Shown: piece after piece, positions 9,000 through 20,325 of the stretch
Numbering within the stretch: position 1 is the stretch's first letter
Layout: every line of letters starts with the position of its first letter
Source: Felis catus
Lineage: Eukaryota
Assembly (NCBI RefSeq): GCF_018350175.1
Contig: NC_058369.1
Coordinates: 9,178,001-9,242,000 of the forward strand
Length of the DNA: 64,000 nucleotides
Direction of reading: 5' to 3'
Translations under genes and position numbers: made by a program
The notes under the pieces: generated by a model
What the model saw: the letters and a program-made list of their open reading frames with translations, nothing else
Databases searched by the model: none
What the model was told of the DNA's origin: nothing

Positions 9000-11900
9000 T
9001 TGGGGATGGTTGTGTGTCTGCGAGTTTGCATTTGAAAGTCAGTGGGACTATACATGTATGAACGTGTGGGTCCATGTTTGCACGCTTACGTGCGTGTTTT
9101 TGTGGGAAGGAGCTTGCGGTTTGGAGGTGATTGCATGTGTGTGTGTATGTGTGTGTGTGTGTGTGTGTGTTTTATATGTGATAAACACCTGTGTGTGATA
9201 GTGTCTATGCAGTGTGGGGGTGATGGTGTCTCTGTGTGTTTGTGGTTGTGTGACTGCGTACCCCTGTGTTTGCATGACGTGCGTGTGTGTGTGTGTGTTG
9301 GATGGCTGTGTTGTTGGGTGTGGTTTTGAGTTTGTGGGATTGTTGCTTGTGTGTCTGGGGGGTCTGGGTCACAGATTTGTGTGTGTGTGTGTGTGTGTGT
9401 GTGGAACCGGGGCTGAGCTCTGAGGACTGCCGGGGCTTGGCTGAGCCCCCCCATCACCTGGGGGCCTCCTGGCACAGAAGGGGGTGCCCAGCTGCTTGGG
9501 ACCTCCGACTCCCCACGGGTTCAGGACTGCCCCAGCTGATGAATATTCATGAACGGGGGGGGGCTGACACCCACTGCCTACAGCTGAGAGTCCATTAGCC
9601 CCCTGGCTTTCCACACACTGGCTGCAGCGGAGGGGGGGGGGTGCCAGGGTGGGCCTGTGCCCGTCTCCACGACTTGGGAAGCTGGGGGGGTATCCTGGTG
9701 ACTATCGTGGGGGCCATGTCAGAACGCTTGGCTGCCGGGTGGGACAGCTAAGGGGCTGTCTCAATGTTGTGACAGGCACCGGGGAGAGAGACTGTTGGAT
9801 GACAGGATGTTCTTGTAACAGTGGTGGCGGCTGTCACCCACCGTTTCTTTGTAGCTCTGTCCAGGGACTCTGGGTGTTGTGTGGCGACGTGAGACGTGTG
9901 CCCGTCGCCTGCAATAGCGAGGCCTTGAGTGTATGTCTCCGGAGGGTCTTCGAGCAGCTCTGCAGGGGCCCCTACCTGCTGGCCGTCTGCTCTGTGACAC
10001 CGTGACAGGGGGGGTATGTTGTCGTGTTGTCAGAGGGACTGGTTTGCTTCAAGCGCTGATTGAGGGACAGCTGTGCGCCACACCCTGGGGATGAAGTGAT
10101 CGCTCTGCTTCCCTTCCGCGTGGGGGGGGGGCGGGGGCGGTGACTCCGTGTGGCCACGTGGCTACCGCAGCTGCAGGGGGGACCCAGCCGAGTATGTCAG
10201 TGCGCCTCTGCTGGTCAGCGTGACACTGGTGCAGGGTGAGGGTCAGCATGTCAGGCTAGCCGTGAGGACGCGCGAGACCACGTGGCTAACGGCGCGTGTG
10301 ACCAGAATTGTTTGAGGGCGTGATGGTGTCTCTGCGTGTAACAGCGTGGCTGAGGGTGTGACAGACAGTGTCGCTGGTTGAAGGTGTGACAGCATAACTA
10401 TGTGTGACAGCATGTGTGACAGTGTGGTTGTGTGTGACAGTGTGACTGAGGATGAGATAGCGTGGCTGTGTGTGTGGCTGTGCGATCGAAGGTGTGACAG
10501 TGACGCTGTGTGTGTGACAAGTGTGTGTGATGACACGAGCCAAGGGGCTGTGACTGCCCCACCCCCATCCCCAGGCTGCGACAGGGAGCCCGGCTACACT
10601 GTCACCCACAACTACACGGTCACATCCTCAGCCATGCTGTCACAGACAGCCTTGCTGTCATACCTTCGCGCTGGAGCAAGGGGCCTCATGGCGGGCGACG
10701 GGCAGCTGCCCAGGCTGGGGACGCACGTGGGCCTGAGGCAGGGACACCTGGAGATACAACCACTCGCTCATCCGTCTTCTGCGTGCAGGCTGGGTTTGGG
10801 GAGCGGCCCGCAGAGGCAGTGGGGACGGGTGCGGGGAGGGCTCCTCCGGTCTGGGGGACTCCAGCCTGGGTCCTGGTGTGTGGCTGGGTGGCCCCTGAGG
10901 CTTGGCTAGGGACACGGTGCAGCCAGCCTCACCCCCCCCCCCCATACCGACTCCCTGGGTCAGCTGGGCGGTGGCAGCACACAGAGGCCCCATTCAGGAG
11001 CCCGGGCTCGGTTTCCAGGGCGGGCGGGGTGGGTCTCCTGCCGGCTGCAAATGAAACGTTTCCCCAATTCCTTCCCTTTGCCTCCAGATGAGTGCTGGCC
11101 ACAGGAGGCCTTGCTGCCCACCTTTCCTCGGCCCCGGCCAGGCTGTGCCACCAGGGGCGCGTGGGAATATGCGCCTGTGGGCCTTGCGTGCAGCTGTGGG
11201 CTGGCCTGTATGTTCCCATTTGTGACTTAGGAGTGTGTGCGTGCGTGCGTGTGTGTGTGTGCGTGTGCGCGTTTGGGTGTTGGCGCGACCAGCTATCTGT
11301 GTGTGTGACCATTTGTGATCACAGGTGATCTTGTGTACCTGGGTGTCCGTGCGTCTGTATGTATGTGATCTCTGTACCTTTGTGTGACTTTGCGCGTGCC
11401 ACCTCCATGGATGATTTTGAGAGGATCGGCGTGGATGACCGCATGGGCTTGTCCCCTACGGGATTTGGGGGCCCTACGTGACTTTGTGTAACTGGGCTCA
11501 GGGTGACTGACTCTGGGAGTCTGTACAACCATGGCTGCCTATGTCTGAGTGTGTCTTTGCAAGTTGGTGTGGGTTTCGGCGTCTGTGGGGGTCTCTGTGA
11601 TGGTGAGGGTCTTTGTGGATCACTGGAGCGTTCCTGGTGTTATTCTGTGGACGGATCTGGGAAGGTCTGGTGGGATTCTCTGTGTGGCTCTGTGTGTGTT
11701 TGTGTGTCTGTGTGTGATCATGGCGTTTTTGGATGTCCTCCCCCAGAGGGGGAGGGTCCGCATCTCTGTGCGTCTGAGTATGCCTGTGTGTCTCTGGGAT
11801 TCTCTCGCGTGAGAGCCATGGTCCCGGGTGCCTGGCCAGGTGTGAGTGCCTTGGGAGCCAGGCCTGTAATACCTCAGGCTCAGACCCCACCCATCAGGGG

Positions 11901-14471
11901 CTCCCAGCCCGGGGTGAGGGCAGCGAGCACAAAGCTAGAACCCCAGGTTTGGGGCGCAGACCGTGCCTGCCAGGCTGGGCAGGGGAGACGTCAGGCCCTC
12001 TCGGAGAGTGGGGATCCCTAGTGCTGTCGGGAAGGCCTAGAGCACCCTTCTCCCTGACCCTGGCCACACCTATAGACTGGCTTTTCACTTATCCTGTGGG
12101 CCAGATGTCTTCCCGCCTCCCCCAGGAGGCCTGCCCAGCTGTCTCGGAGCCCAGCGGTGCCCGGCCCCGCCTTCAGCGGCCCAGGGCATGGCCGCCAGAG
12201 CCCAGATGTTTCAGTGCCCTCCCCTCCACCAACCCCCAACGCCCTGGCCAGGCAATGCCGTCGGCCTGGTTCCCGATCCTCCCTCCTCCTCGTTACTCCG
12301 CACACCTGCATTGTGAGAACACACCTGCTGCCAGCTGCAGCCAGGTGGGCAGTCCCGGCAGGGAGGAATGTGGGGGATTCCAGCTGCGGCATCCCAGCTG
12401 TGCCCAGCCCCCTGGCAGTGCCCTCCTCCCCCGAGAATTCTCGAAGGCCAGGTGCGCCCTGAGACCCGGGCTCTGTGGGGGAGGGGGTGGGGGGTACGGG
12501 TGCCCTGTAGAGCCCCCCCCCCTTGGCCTCACAAAAATCCTCCCAGCTGGCAGCTGTGGAGCGGGGAGCAGAGCGGAGGTGTGCGTGCATATGTGTGGGC
12601 GGGTGTGGGTACAGGGTGGGGGTGTCGAGGGAGGTGGGGAGGTGGTCTCAGCGCGGGGGGAATTCTGAGGGCGGACGTGCACGAACACGGGGGCGAGTAT
12701 TTGTGTGAACACGACTGGGTGTAGTCTGTGACTGCGGAAGGAAGCGAGTGTGGGGAGGTGCCCACGGTGGTGCGAGAGTGTGTGTAAATGGGAGAATGGG
12801 TATTGTGGGTTTATGAATGGCGAGAGGGGTGTTGTGTGTGTATCTGGATGTTGGATTTGTGTGTCTGTGTGTGTGTGTGTGTATTGTGTATGTTTGTGTG
12901 TGTCTGGATGGATGAACGGGTGTTGCCTCTGTGTGTGTATATGTCTGTCTGTCTGAATGAAAGGATGGGTGTCCTCTGTGTGTGTGTGTGTCAATGAAAG
13001 GATGTCCTGTATGTGTGTATATATAGCTGCTGTGTGTGTGTGTGTGTGTGTGAGTGTGTGTGTGTGTGCGCGCAAATGGAATTGTGGTATGAGTGTGGGT
13101 GTAAGTGGGTATGGGAGGCTGGTCAAGAGCCTAGGTGTTTGGGGCCAGATGCAGGACTAGGAGGGTGACAAGGGAGTGGGCAGATCCCAGCCTCGGGGTC
13201 CGGCAGGACTGGTGGATGGGTCTGGGAGGACCGGCCATCGGGTGGGGGGAGAACTGGACCCAAGTTGGGGGGGTAGGCTTCTGAGGGGCGTGGCCCTTTG
13301 TGGCCATTTGCAGAGGGGCAAGGAGGGTCTGCCTGGCTCTCAAGATGCCCCAAGCCTCCAGCTATATTAAAGGTCCCAGACACCCCAACCCTCTCAATTT
13401 CTTCCCTGAGCTGTTAAGGCCCCAGGCCCCCTTGATCTCTAAATCCCTTTCCGGTCTCTTCTTTCAGCCCCTCACAGCCCCCACCCCCACCCCGGTCCCC
13501 CATGCATCATGCAGCCGGCCCCTTCTCTCCAAACCATTGCTCATGACCCCCCCCCCCGCCCCTGCATTCCTCCTGCAGCGGTGAGGAGCAGGCAGCAATG
13601 GCCCTGAAACTTTAAACGGTGTTAAAAGTTTCTGTTTACGAGAAGCCCTTGAATTTTTAAGGACGTATCGATTCCCTCTGCCACGGCCTCGCGCCGGCAG
13701 TGGCTGCGGCATAGCGGGCGAGGCCATGTGGGACCTGCAGGATTCTAGGGACGGAGCCCCCAAAGCGCTGAATGACTGACACACGTACCAGACGCACCCT
13801 CGGGCGCACAGAGCCCCCCTCCGTGACACATCACACGCACACTCCCACAGATCCTCATCACCGCCCCAGACCCACAGAGACCACCCCACAGAAGCACACG
13901 CCTAATAATGCCTGTTAACACTTTCCGCCACACGGACCCTGATCACAGACAGATTCGCTGGGACCCTCGCCCACCTGCCCACTTGGTAACACATACTCTG
14001 GGACACACAGACTCACATCCCTGCCACATTACGCACAAGTTCATCACACACACTGACACTTTCTGATGGAAAGATCCCCAGAGCTGGCATACACACCGTG
14101 GGCAGCTTGAAACACACGTGTCTATTCACCCAGTACTTTGTGTCAAACCCAGACCCTGTCTACACCTAACTCCCCCTGGAATGTCAGCCCTCTGAGGGCA
14201 GCCTCTTTTGTCTCGTTCCCCATGATGTCCCCAGCGCTTGGCACAGGGTTTGGCAGACGCGCACCCTCTCTGGCTCGCAGACACCCCCCAGCCCCCCCCC
14301 CCGCCACCGAGAGACCCACCACTACGTAACACAGGGCCACACAGAGAGACTCCTGGACGTTCACTGACCTGTGTCTCTTTTCCCCCAGAGAACACCCAGA
14401 CCTGAGGACACAAGTCTAGTCACCCTGCCTCAATGATGTAATGTGACCAGAAGTACACCCCCTCAGGTGTG

Positions 14472-14510
<39 letters not shown>

Positions 14511-15686
14511 GCACACTCTTGTGCCTGCTTTCTGGGACCCAATGGGCGCAGCCATGGTAGCCCCCACACAGCCAGCCCTGCACAAACATACACACACACA
14601 CACACACACCTGGGCACCAACACCCCTCCAGCAGACAATGCATGGCTTAGAATTGCCACAGCTTCTTGGCCCGGGAGGGCAAGAAGGTGTTGGCTGCACC
14701 TGGCAGGAGGAGAGAGCTTTGTCTCAGCAGGAGCTGCAGGCACCGCCTCCCCGCCCACCTTGGGGGTCACCTAAGGGCTCCCCCTGCCCCCACACTAGGG
14801 TCCTCAGCACCAACTTCCGCCTCCATTCCTTTCTGCTCTGGAAAGGAGGGGTCAGCGGCCTGCATGAGAGACTGGTCTCATGGTGGGGGGGGGTGTGACA
14901 CATGTCTATGCCCATTTCTGTCCCTGCGGGTTGGGCTCTATGGCCCTTGCTAGATCTGTGTATGTCCATGATCAGATCCAAGTACGTGTGTGTGTGTGTG
15001 TGTGTGTTTGTATAGTGTCATAAGGGTGGGGTGTGGGAGGGGCCTGGGTGTATGTATGTCATACCCGTGTTCATGGCTGGGCGATCCTCTGAAGGACGAC
15101 TGGTCAGTGTGCCCAAGGCCCAAGGGGACATCTGGGCACCAAGTGTGTGCTATGTATGTCCCTGTGTGGTTGTGACTGCCAGTGACACTTTGCCAGTGTC
15201 AGTGACACCTTGTATGTCTTTGTATCAGGGTCAGTGTGCTCCTTCCCTGGGTCATTAGGCATGTGTGTCCAGGTATCTGATGGCGCATGTTTGCACGAGA
15301 GCGTGTTAGCACATTTCCCCTTTAGTAGTGTCATTCTGCGTGCCCGGCTGTGTCCTCTGCAATGCCACAGCTGCCAAGATGTTTTGGTGTGGCTTTGTGT
15401 GTGCCTTTGGGTGTCTATGTATAGGAGCTGTGTGTCTGGAGTGCGTCAGAGTGTGGTTGTGTGATGATGCCTGTCAGTGTGTCAGTGTGAATACGTATGT
15501 GCCAGCATGCGCTGGTGTGTGTGTCTTCGTGTGGATCGGTGTGTGTCCATGTGAGGCCCTTGCTGGCATGTGTAAACGTGGTTCGTAACTGGAACGCGGG
15601 TGTGCAGGTTATCATCCTGTGATGGTGGGCCTGGGTGCCCGTCAGCGTGTGGGTCGTGGGCTGGTGTGCGGGGGCGTGTGTCCATG

Positions 15687-15724
<38 letters not shown>

Positions 15725-15950
15725 GGGTCTGTGTGTGCTCGGTTGTTGGAACGTGGAACGTGTGGCAATGCGTTCTGTACGTGACATGTGTGGCGGGGTC
15801 CGAACCCTGCTGTGTGTCAGCATGTGTCTGCGATGGAACGCGAGCCAGCACGTGTCGGGGTGGCTGTGTCGGTGTGCGCCCCCGCGCGCGCGTGTGTGTG
15901 CATGTGTGCGTGTGTGCGTGTGAGAGTGTGTGTGTATGTGTGTGTGCGCG
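9000..15950 (+). repeat. Extended patchy TG-rich low-complexity domain upstream of NFIX
   Basis: Many perfect and degenerate (TG)n tracts, e.g. 9136-9170, 9378-9403, 12830-13070, 15689-15722, 15884-15950. CA-rich patches at 13770-14120 and ~14580-14610. Confidence 0.7.
14140..14265 (+). mobile_element. L2 3' fragment
   Basis: ctggaatgtcagccctctgagggcag...tccccagcgcttggcacagggtttggcagac resembles the L2 3' consensus. Confidence 0.55.
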
Positions 15951-16139
15951 CCGGCCGCCGCTCCCCCGCCCTGCCCGCCCCTCCCCGCGCCCCTCCTCCC
16001 GCCCGCGCCGCCCGCCCGCTCCCTCTCCCCGGAGTGCGCCGCTTCCAAACTTTGTCTAAACTTTCACTTTCACAGCGCGGCGGCGGCGGCGGCGTTGGCG
16101 GCGGCGGCGGGCGAGGGTGACCGGCCGAGCGGCGGCGGC

Positions 16140-16148
16140 ATGGAGTAG
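16140..16148 (+). other. Minimal upstream ORF (Met-Glu-stop) in the NFIX 5'UTR
   Basis: GGCGGC-ATG-G strong Kozak context, ATG GAG TAG. It is the only ATG between ~16050 and the main start. Confidence 0.7.
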
Positions 16149-16195
16149 ACGCGCAGCGGCGGCGGCAGCAGCGGACGCGAGAGGCAGCGGCGAGC

Positions 16196-16196
<1 letters not shown>

Positions 16197-16226
<30 letters not shown>
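16197..16226 (+). repeat. (CGG)10 in the NFIX 5'UTR; a second interrupted CGG tract lies at 16078-16110
   Basis: Direct count. Confidence 0.92.
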
Positions 16227-16227
<1 letters not shown>

Positions 16228-16403
16228 CCCGGAGCCGGCGGGGCCGAGCCTGCGAGCGGCGAGCGCGGGGCCGCGGGCCGGGCGGGCGCAGCGCGGCGGA
16301 GGCCGGAGGAGCCGAGCCGGAGCCGGAGCCCGAGCGCGGCCGCCGCCTGCCGGGCCTCCCCTCGCCGCGGCCGGCCGCCGCGCTCCCGCCCGGGCGCCCA
16401 GCT

Positions 16404-16430
16404 ATGTACTCCCCGTACTGCCTCACCCAG
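16404..16430 (+). CDS. NFIX: Nuclear factor I X, coding part of exon 1 (MYSPYCLTQ)
   Basis: ATG TAC TCC CCG TAC TGC CTC ACC CAG|GTACCG. This is the canonical NFIX N-terminus and joins phase 0 to DEFHPF at 44494. Confidence 0.96.
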
Positions 16431-19340
16431 GTACCGGCCGCCGCCCCTGGGCGACCGGGGAGGGGAGCGGGCGCAGGAGGCCGGCGGGCGGGCGGGCGGG
16501 CGGGCGGCCGGAGGGGGCGCGCGGCGGCCGGGGTGGGGGGGGGGGAGTGAGCCTGCGGGCGGCCGAGGGGTGCAAGCCGTGCTGTGGGCAGTCCCGGCAC
16601 GCCTGCGGGCGTCACGGTGCGCGTGCGACCCTGGCCACCGGGCGGACTCCTGTTGGGGGCTCTGGGGGTGGCCGGCTGCGTGCGTGGCGCTGCCCCTGGA
16701 GCGCGGAGCGGGAGTGCGTGTGTGTGTGTGTGTGTGTGTGTGTCTGTGTGTGTGCGCGCGCGCGCTCGACTGGGGTGCGGTGGACTCCCGCCGACCTGTG
16801 GGCGACTGTGCTGTGCACCCGGGCAGCGTGGCCACTGGCAGTGGTTGCGGGGGTGACAGAGTGGCAGGGGGGTGGTCCCGAGGGCGCAGAGCGGGGACTG
16901 GGTCCCGCGGCGCTCTCTGGGGCGGGCGCAGCTTTTCCCGAGGGTGGCAGCGGCCGGCATGCGTGGCGGCGGCCCCTGCGTGCAGCCGGGGTGCCCGGGG
17001 CCGGCCGAGCGGCCCGGGCGTCGCCCCAAAGTCTTTGTTCAGGCCTCACATGGGAGCGGGGCTAAGAAAATGGCGGGGCTCCCAAATTTCGGAGGGTTAG
17101 GGGAGGGGAGGGAGGGACGGGCGCGCTGCCAGCCGGGGCCGCGCCTCTCGGCCGACCCTGGACGTCGCAGCCGCGGCCCCCCCACCGCCCCAAACTTTCC
17201 TCGGCGCAAACTTTCCGGCCCCAGCTACCCCGGCTGCGGCGCGGTGGACCAGGCGGGCCGGGGTGGGGGAATCCTGTCCTGCCGCCCAGAGGCGGGAGGG
17301 GCGGGAGGCAACCGTGGATGCGGCCGACGGTGCTGCGGCCACGCCGTCGGGTCAGCCGCGGGCACTACCGAGCCGACCTTGGCGCGCTGCGAGAGCAGAG
17401 CGCGTCCCGCCTCCAGCGAAGTTCCCTGCGCAGCGCTCCGCGGAGGCAAAAGCGCGGGGGATGCCTGCCCTGCCACTCCGCCTTCCCTGGGCGGTGGCCC
17501 CAGGCTCCGAGAGGGCACAAGAACTGTCCAGAGTCCCGCAGTGGCCCTGGTGGCGCTGCCTGCCGGGCCAGGCCGCTGCTGGCAACACAGACTCGGAAGA
17601 GGGGACACCTGGGGGCTGCCTCGCCCTGCCTGACAGCAAGGCCTGCGTGTGTGAGGGGAATCTTTAGGCCGGGCCCGGGGTCCTAATTGTCTCCTCTGCC
17701 CAGCCTGAGCCTCGCCAGCCTTCTGCCAAGCGTGCCCACAGATGGGAGTGGGAGTCCCAGTGAATCTGGCTGCTACCAGGTGGTGATGTGCGGCGAGGGG
17801 GCAAGAGAGCGTGTCAGGGGCTGCGTGTCAGCCGTGGCCACACCATACTCCCGTATCCACAGATGCGAGTGTGTATGTGTGTGTCAGTCTTGGGGTCTGC
17901 CTGTGGCTCCTCTGGGTGGCGGTGGGCAGGCCTGCGTGGTATGGACATGTGTGGGGCCCGGAAAGCGGGTTTTCCTGTTTCGCAACTGGGTGTCGTGAGT
18001 GTTGGTGAGGTGCACACGCACGTGTATGTATCACAGTGTGCATGCAGGTGTGAGCAGGCACTCTGGCCACTGTGTCACTATGAGGGACCCCACCCCCCGC
18101 CCCGGCCCCTGCATCTGTGCCTCTGACTGGCCAGTCGCTCTGTCTTGGGCCGCATGACAACCCCGTCCACCCAGCGGGGTCTGAGCTGTAGCTGCCTTTG
18201 GGGTGGTGTTTGGCTGGCCCGCGTGCCGGTGTTCGGGGCCTAGTGGAATCAAGACCCCATGCTCGAGTGTCTCCTGGCCCCCCAGCTACGCCGCCGGCAC
18301 CCTGGCCTGCCCCCGGAGACCTGGCTAGGGCTTGGGCCCCTGGGAAAGAAAATGCCAGCCGATCCCCCGGTGATAAGACTAGGAAAGGGCTGGGGCACAC
18401 CATGGCCATGGGCCATGGCCAGGGCTTGACTCTATGATACCCCAGAAGGGGGCAAGGGCTCAGCTCTGTCACAGGCCTGAGTGTGCCAGGGTGGATGGGG
18501 AGGAGAGCGGGCATGGTGTCTCTGGGTTGCATCCCTCAGCTCTATGTCGGCGGCTGCTGTCAGCTGGTCAGCAGGGTCTGGTCTGCCCCTCCCGACAGTC
18601 ACATCTCTTGGATCCAGAGTCTCTGTTTTTACAAATCTTTCTGCTTCCATAATTTGCCCTGCCACTCTCTGTCTTTTTCTCTGTCTCTGTCTCTATATCT
18701 GGCTTGCTCTGCCCCTTTTCTGTCTCTCTCTCTCTCTGCCTCTGTCCTTCTAGATCTTTGACTGTCCCTGTCTCTCCTTGTCTCTGTCTCTGACTTTGGT
18801 TCTGGCCCCATCTCTGCTTCTCCCCTCCCCATGAGTCTCGGACTCTCTGTGTCTCTGTGGCCTCTCTCTCTCTCTCTCTCTTTCTCTCCCTCTCCCCCTT
18901 TTCTTTTTTTCAACCCAGAATTGGCTTCGATTTTAAAGTCAATAAATGATTGAGCAGGAACGAGTTTGGAGCAGCGGGGCCCTGGCGGGGAAAGGCACTG
19001 TGGGCGAGGGGGAAGGGCGGTGGGGGGGGGGGGGGGGAAATCTCCTTCTGGAAAAAGCATCGAAATCCAGGGCGGCTGGGCGGGGCGCTTGCTGGCGCTG
19101 CATGAGCCCACTGCAGCCGTAGGCCTGAGTCCTCGGCAGACAGGAGGGGATGGACGGATGGGACCCCCTTCCCCGGCAAATAGACACGCTCCAGAACGTG
19201 GACATACACATACATCACCGTCGCCCCTAAAATGCGGACATAAATGACCTGCTCATGCTGATCATCCAGACAGACACATGGACACTGACACACTTACAGA
19301 CACAGGAAATGGTGGACCTGTGTTCGCTCCCACCCACAAT

Positions 19341-19353
19341 GCGTGCACGCGCG

Positions 19354-19383
<30 letters not shown>
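19341..19383. repeat. Alternating purine-pyrimidine (CG)n/(CA)n tract, Z-DNA prone
   Basis: gcgtgcacgcgcgcgcgcgcgcacacac... Confidence 0.85.
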
Positions 19384-19384
<1 letters not shown>

Positions 19385-20159
19385 CCCGCCTTGTGATGGG
19401 ACATGTATATCGATGTAGGCTCATGAAGACATATCCAAGAGACAGTCCGAGAGAGGCTGACTCAAGTGTGTGTCCCCCCCCACCAACCCCGCTCTCGCTC
19501 ATATAGACTCGAGGACAGATAGACTCAAGGACCGAGCGATGGACAGACACACACCTTTATGTCAGACGCAATGCTGTTGGCTCACCTAGGTGCATATATA
19601 GACCTGCATGCTTGCTGACATTTCCTGCCACACAGCCACGTGGGCAGTAGACTGTTCACGGAGCCCTGTTTCTGGGCAGCTACACACACACTCCTTCCAG
19701 GGAAGGGGGAATGGCTGGGGTGTCCCTGAAGCCCCTGCCTCAGCTGTCTCCTTGGGTCACTGTGGCCGCCCTGCTGCCCCCAAGATGCTGTTGCTCCCCT
19801 GGCACAGTGCAGCGCCCCCCTTTTATGGCACAGTTTCTTCCTGTCTCCGGCCCTGCCTGCTTCATGCCCACTTCTGGGATAGGAGGTGTGCGCAGGCCGG
19901 AGCCGGCACGGGGCGGGCCATGCTTGGGGCTACGTTAGGCTCCATTCGATGTTTTGAGGCTGGACCAGGCCAAGCTTGGAGCCGAGGGGCATGCTGGGTG
20001 AATCTGGGGGGCTGGATGCTCCCTTCCTGCCGGCTGCTGGAGCCAGGGGTCCTGGCCGAGCCAGGAATGTCTTGTGTGGCCTCAAGGGCTCCCAGATGGA
20101 GGCTGTGGGTGCAGAGATCAAGAATTGGGCTTTTTTTTTTTTTTTTTTTTATAAGACAG

Positions 20160-20325
20160 CACAGGGTTTGAGCTCTGCCTCTGCATCTTCTAATCCTGTG
20201 ACTTGAACCACACGATCTTCTTGGTCTGCAAAATGGGTATCTCTCAGGCTGTGGTTAGGCTTAGCACAGGGCCTGGTACGTAGCATGTGCTCGAGAAATG
20301 GAATGACTTGTTGTCATTTTGGTTA
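20160..20325 (+). mobile_element. MIR fragment
   Basis: gggtttgagctctgcctctgc...ctgtgacttg...tctgcaaaatggg...ttagcacagggcctgg. Confidence 0.55.

Larger units (their letters stand above)
15880..17700. promoter_or_regulatory. NFIX: NFIX main promoter CpG island, including the exon 1 5'UTR (TSS probably near 16050)
   Basis: Very high CpG/GC, multiple Sp/KLF GC boxes at 15950-16030, and a CGG-repeat leader running into the MYSPYCLTQ exon. Confidence 0.9.

Noticed and set aside
9000..15950. Cys/Val-rich and His/Thr-rich ORFs resembling metal-binding proteins
   Set aside because: Translations of (TG)n/(CA)n microsatellites.
15482..17700. Many overlapping 150-330-aa ORFs around the NFIX promoter
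   Set aside because: Artefacts of CpG-island and CGG/TG repeat composition.
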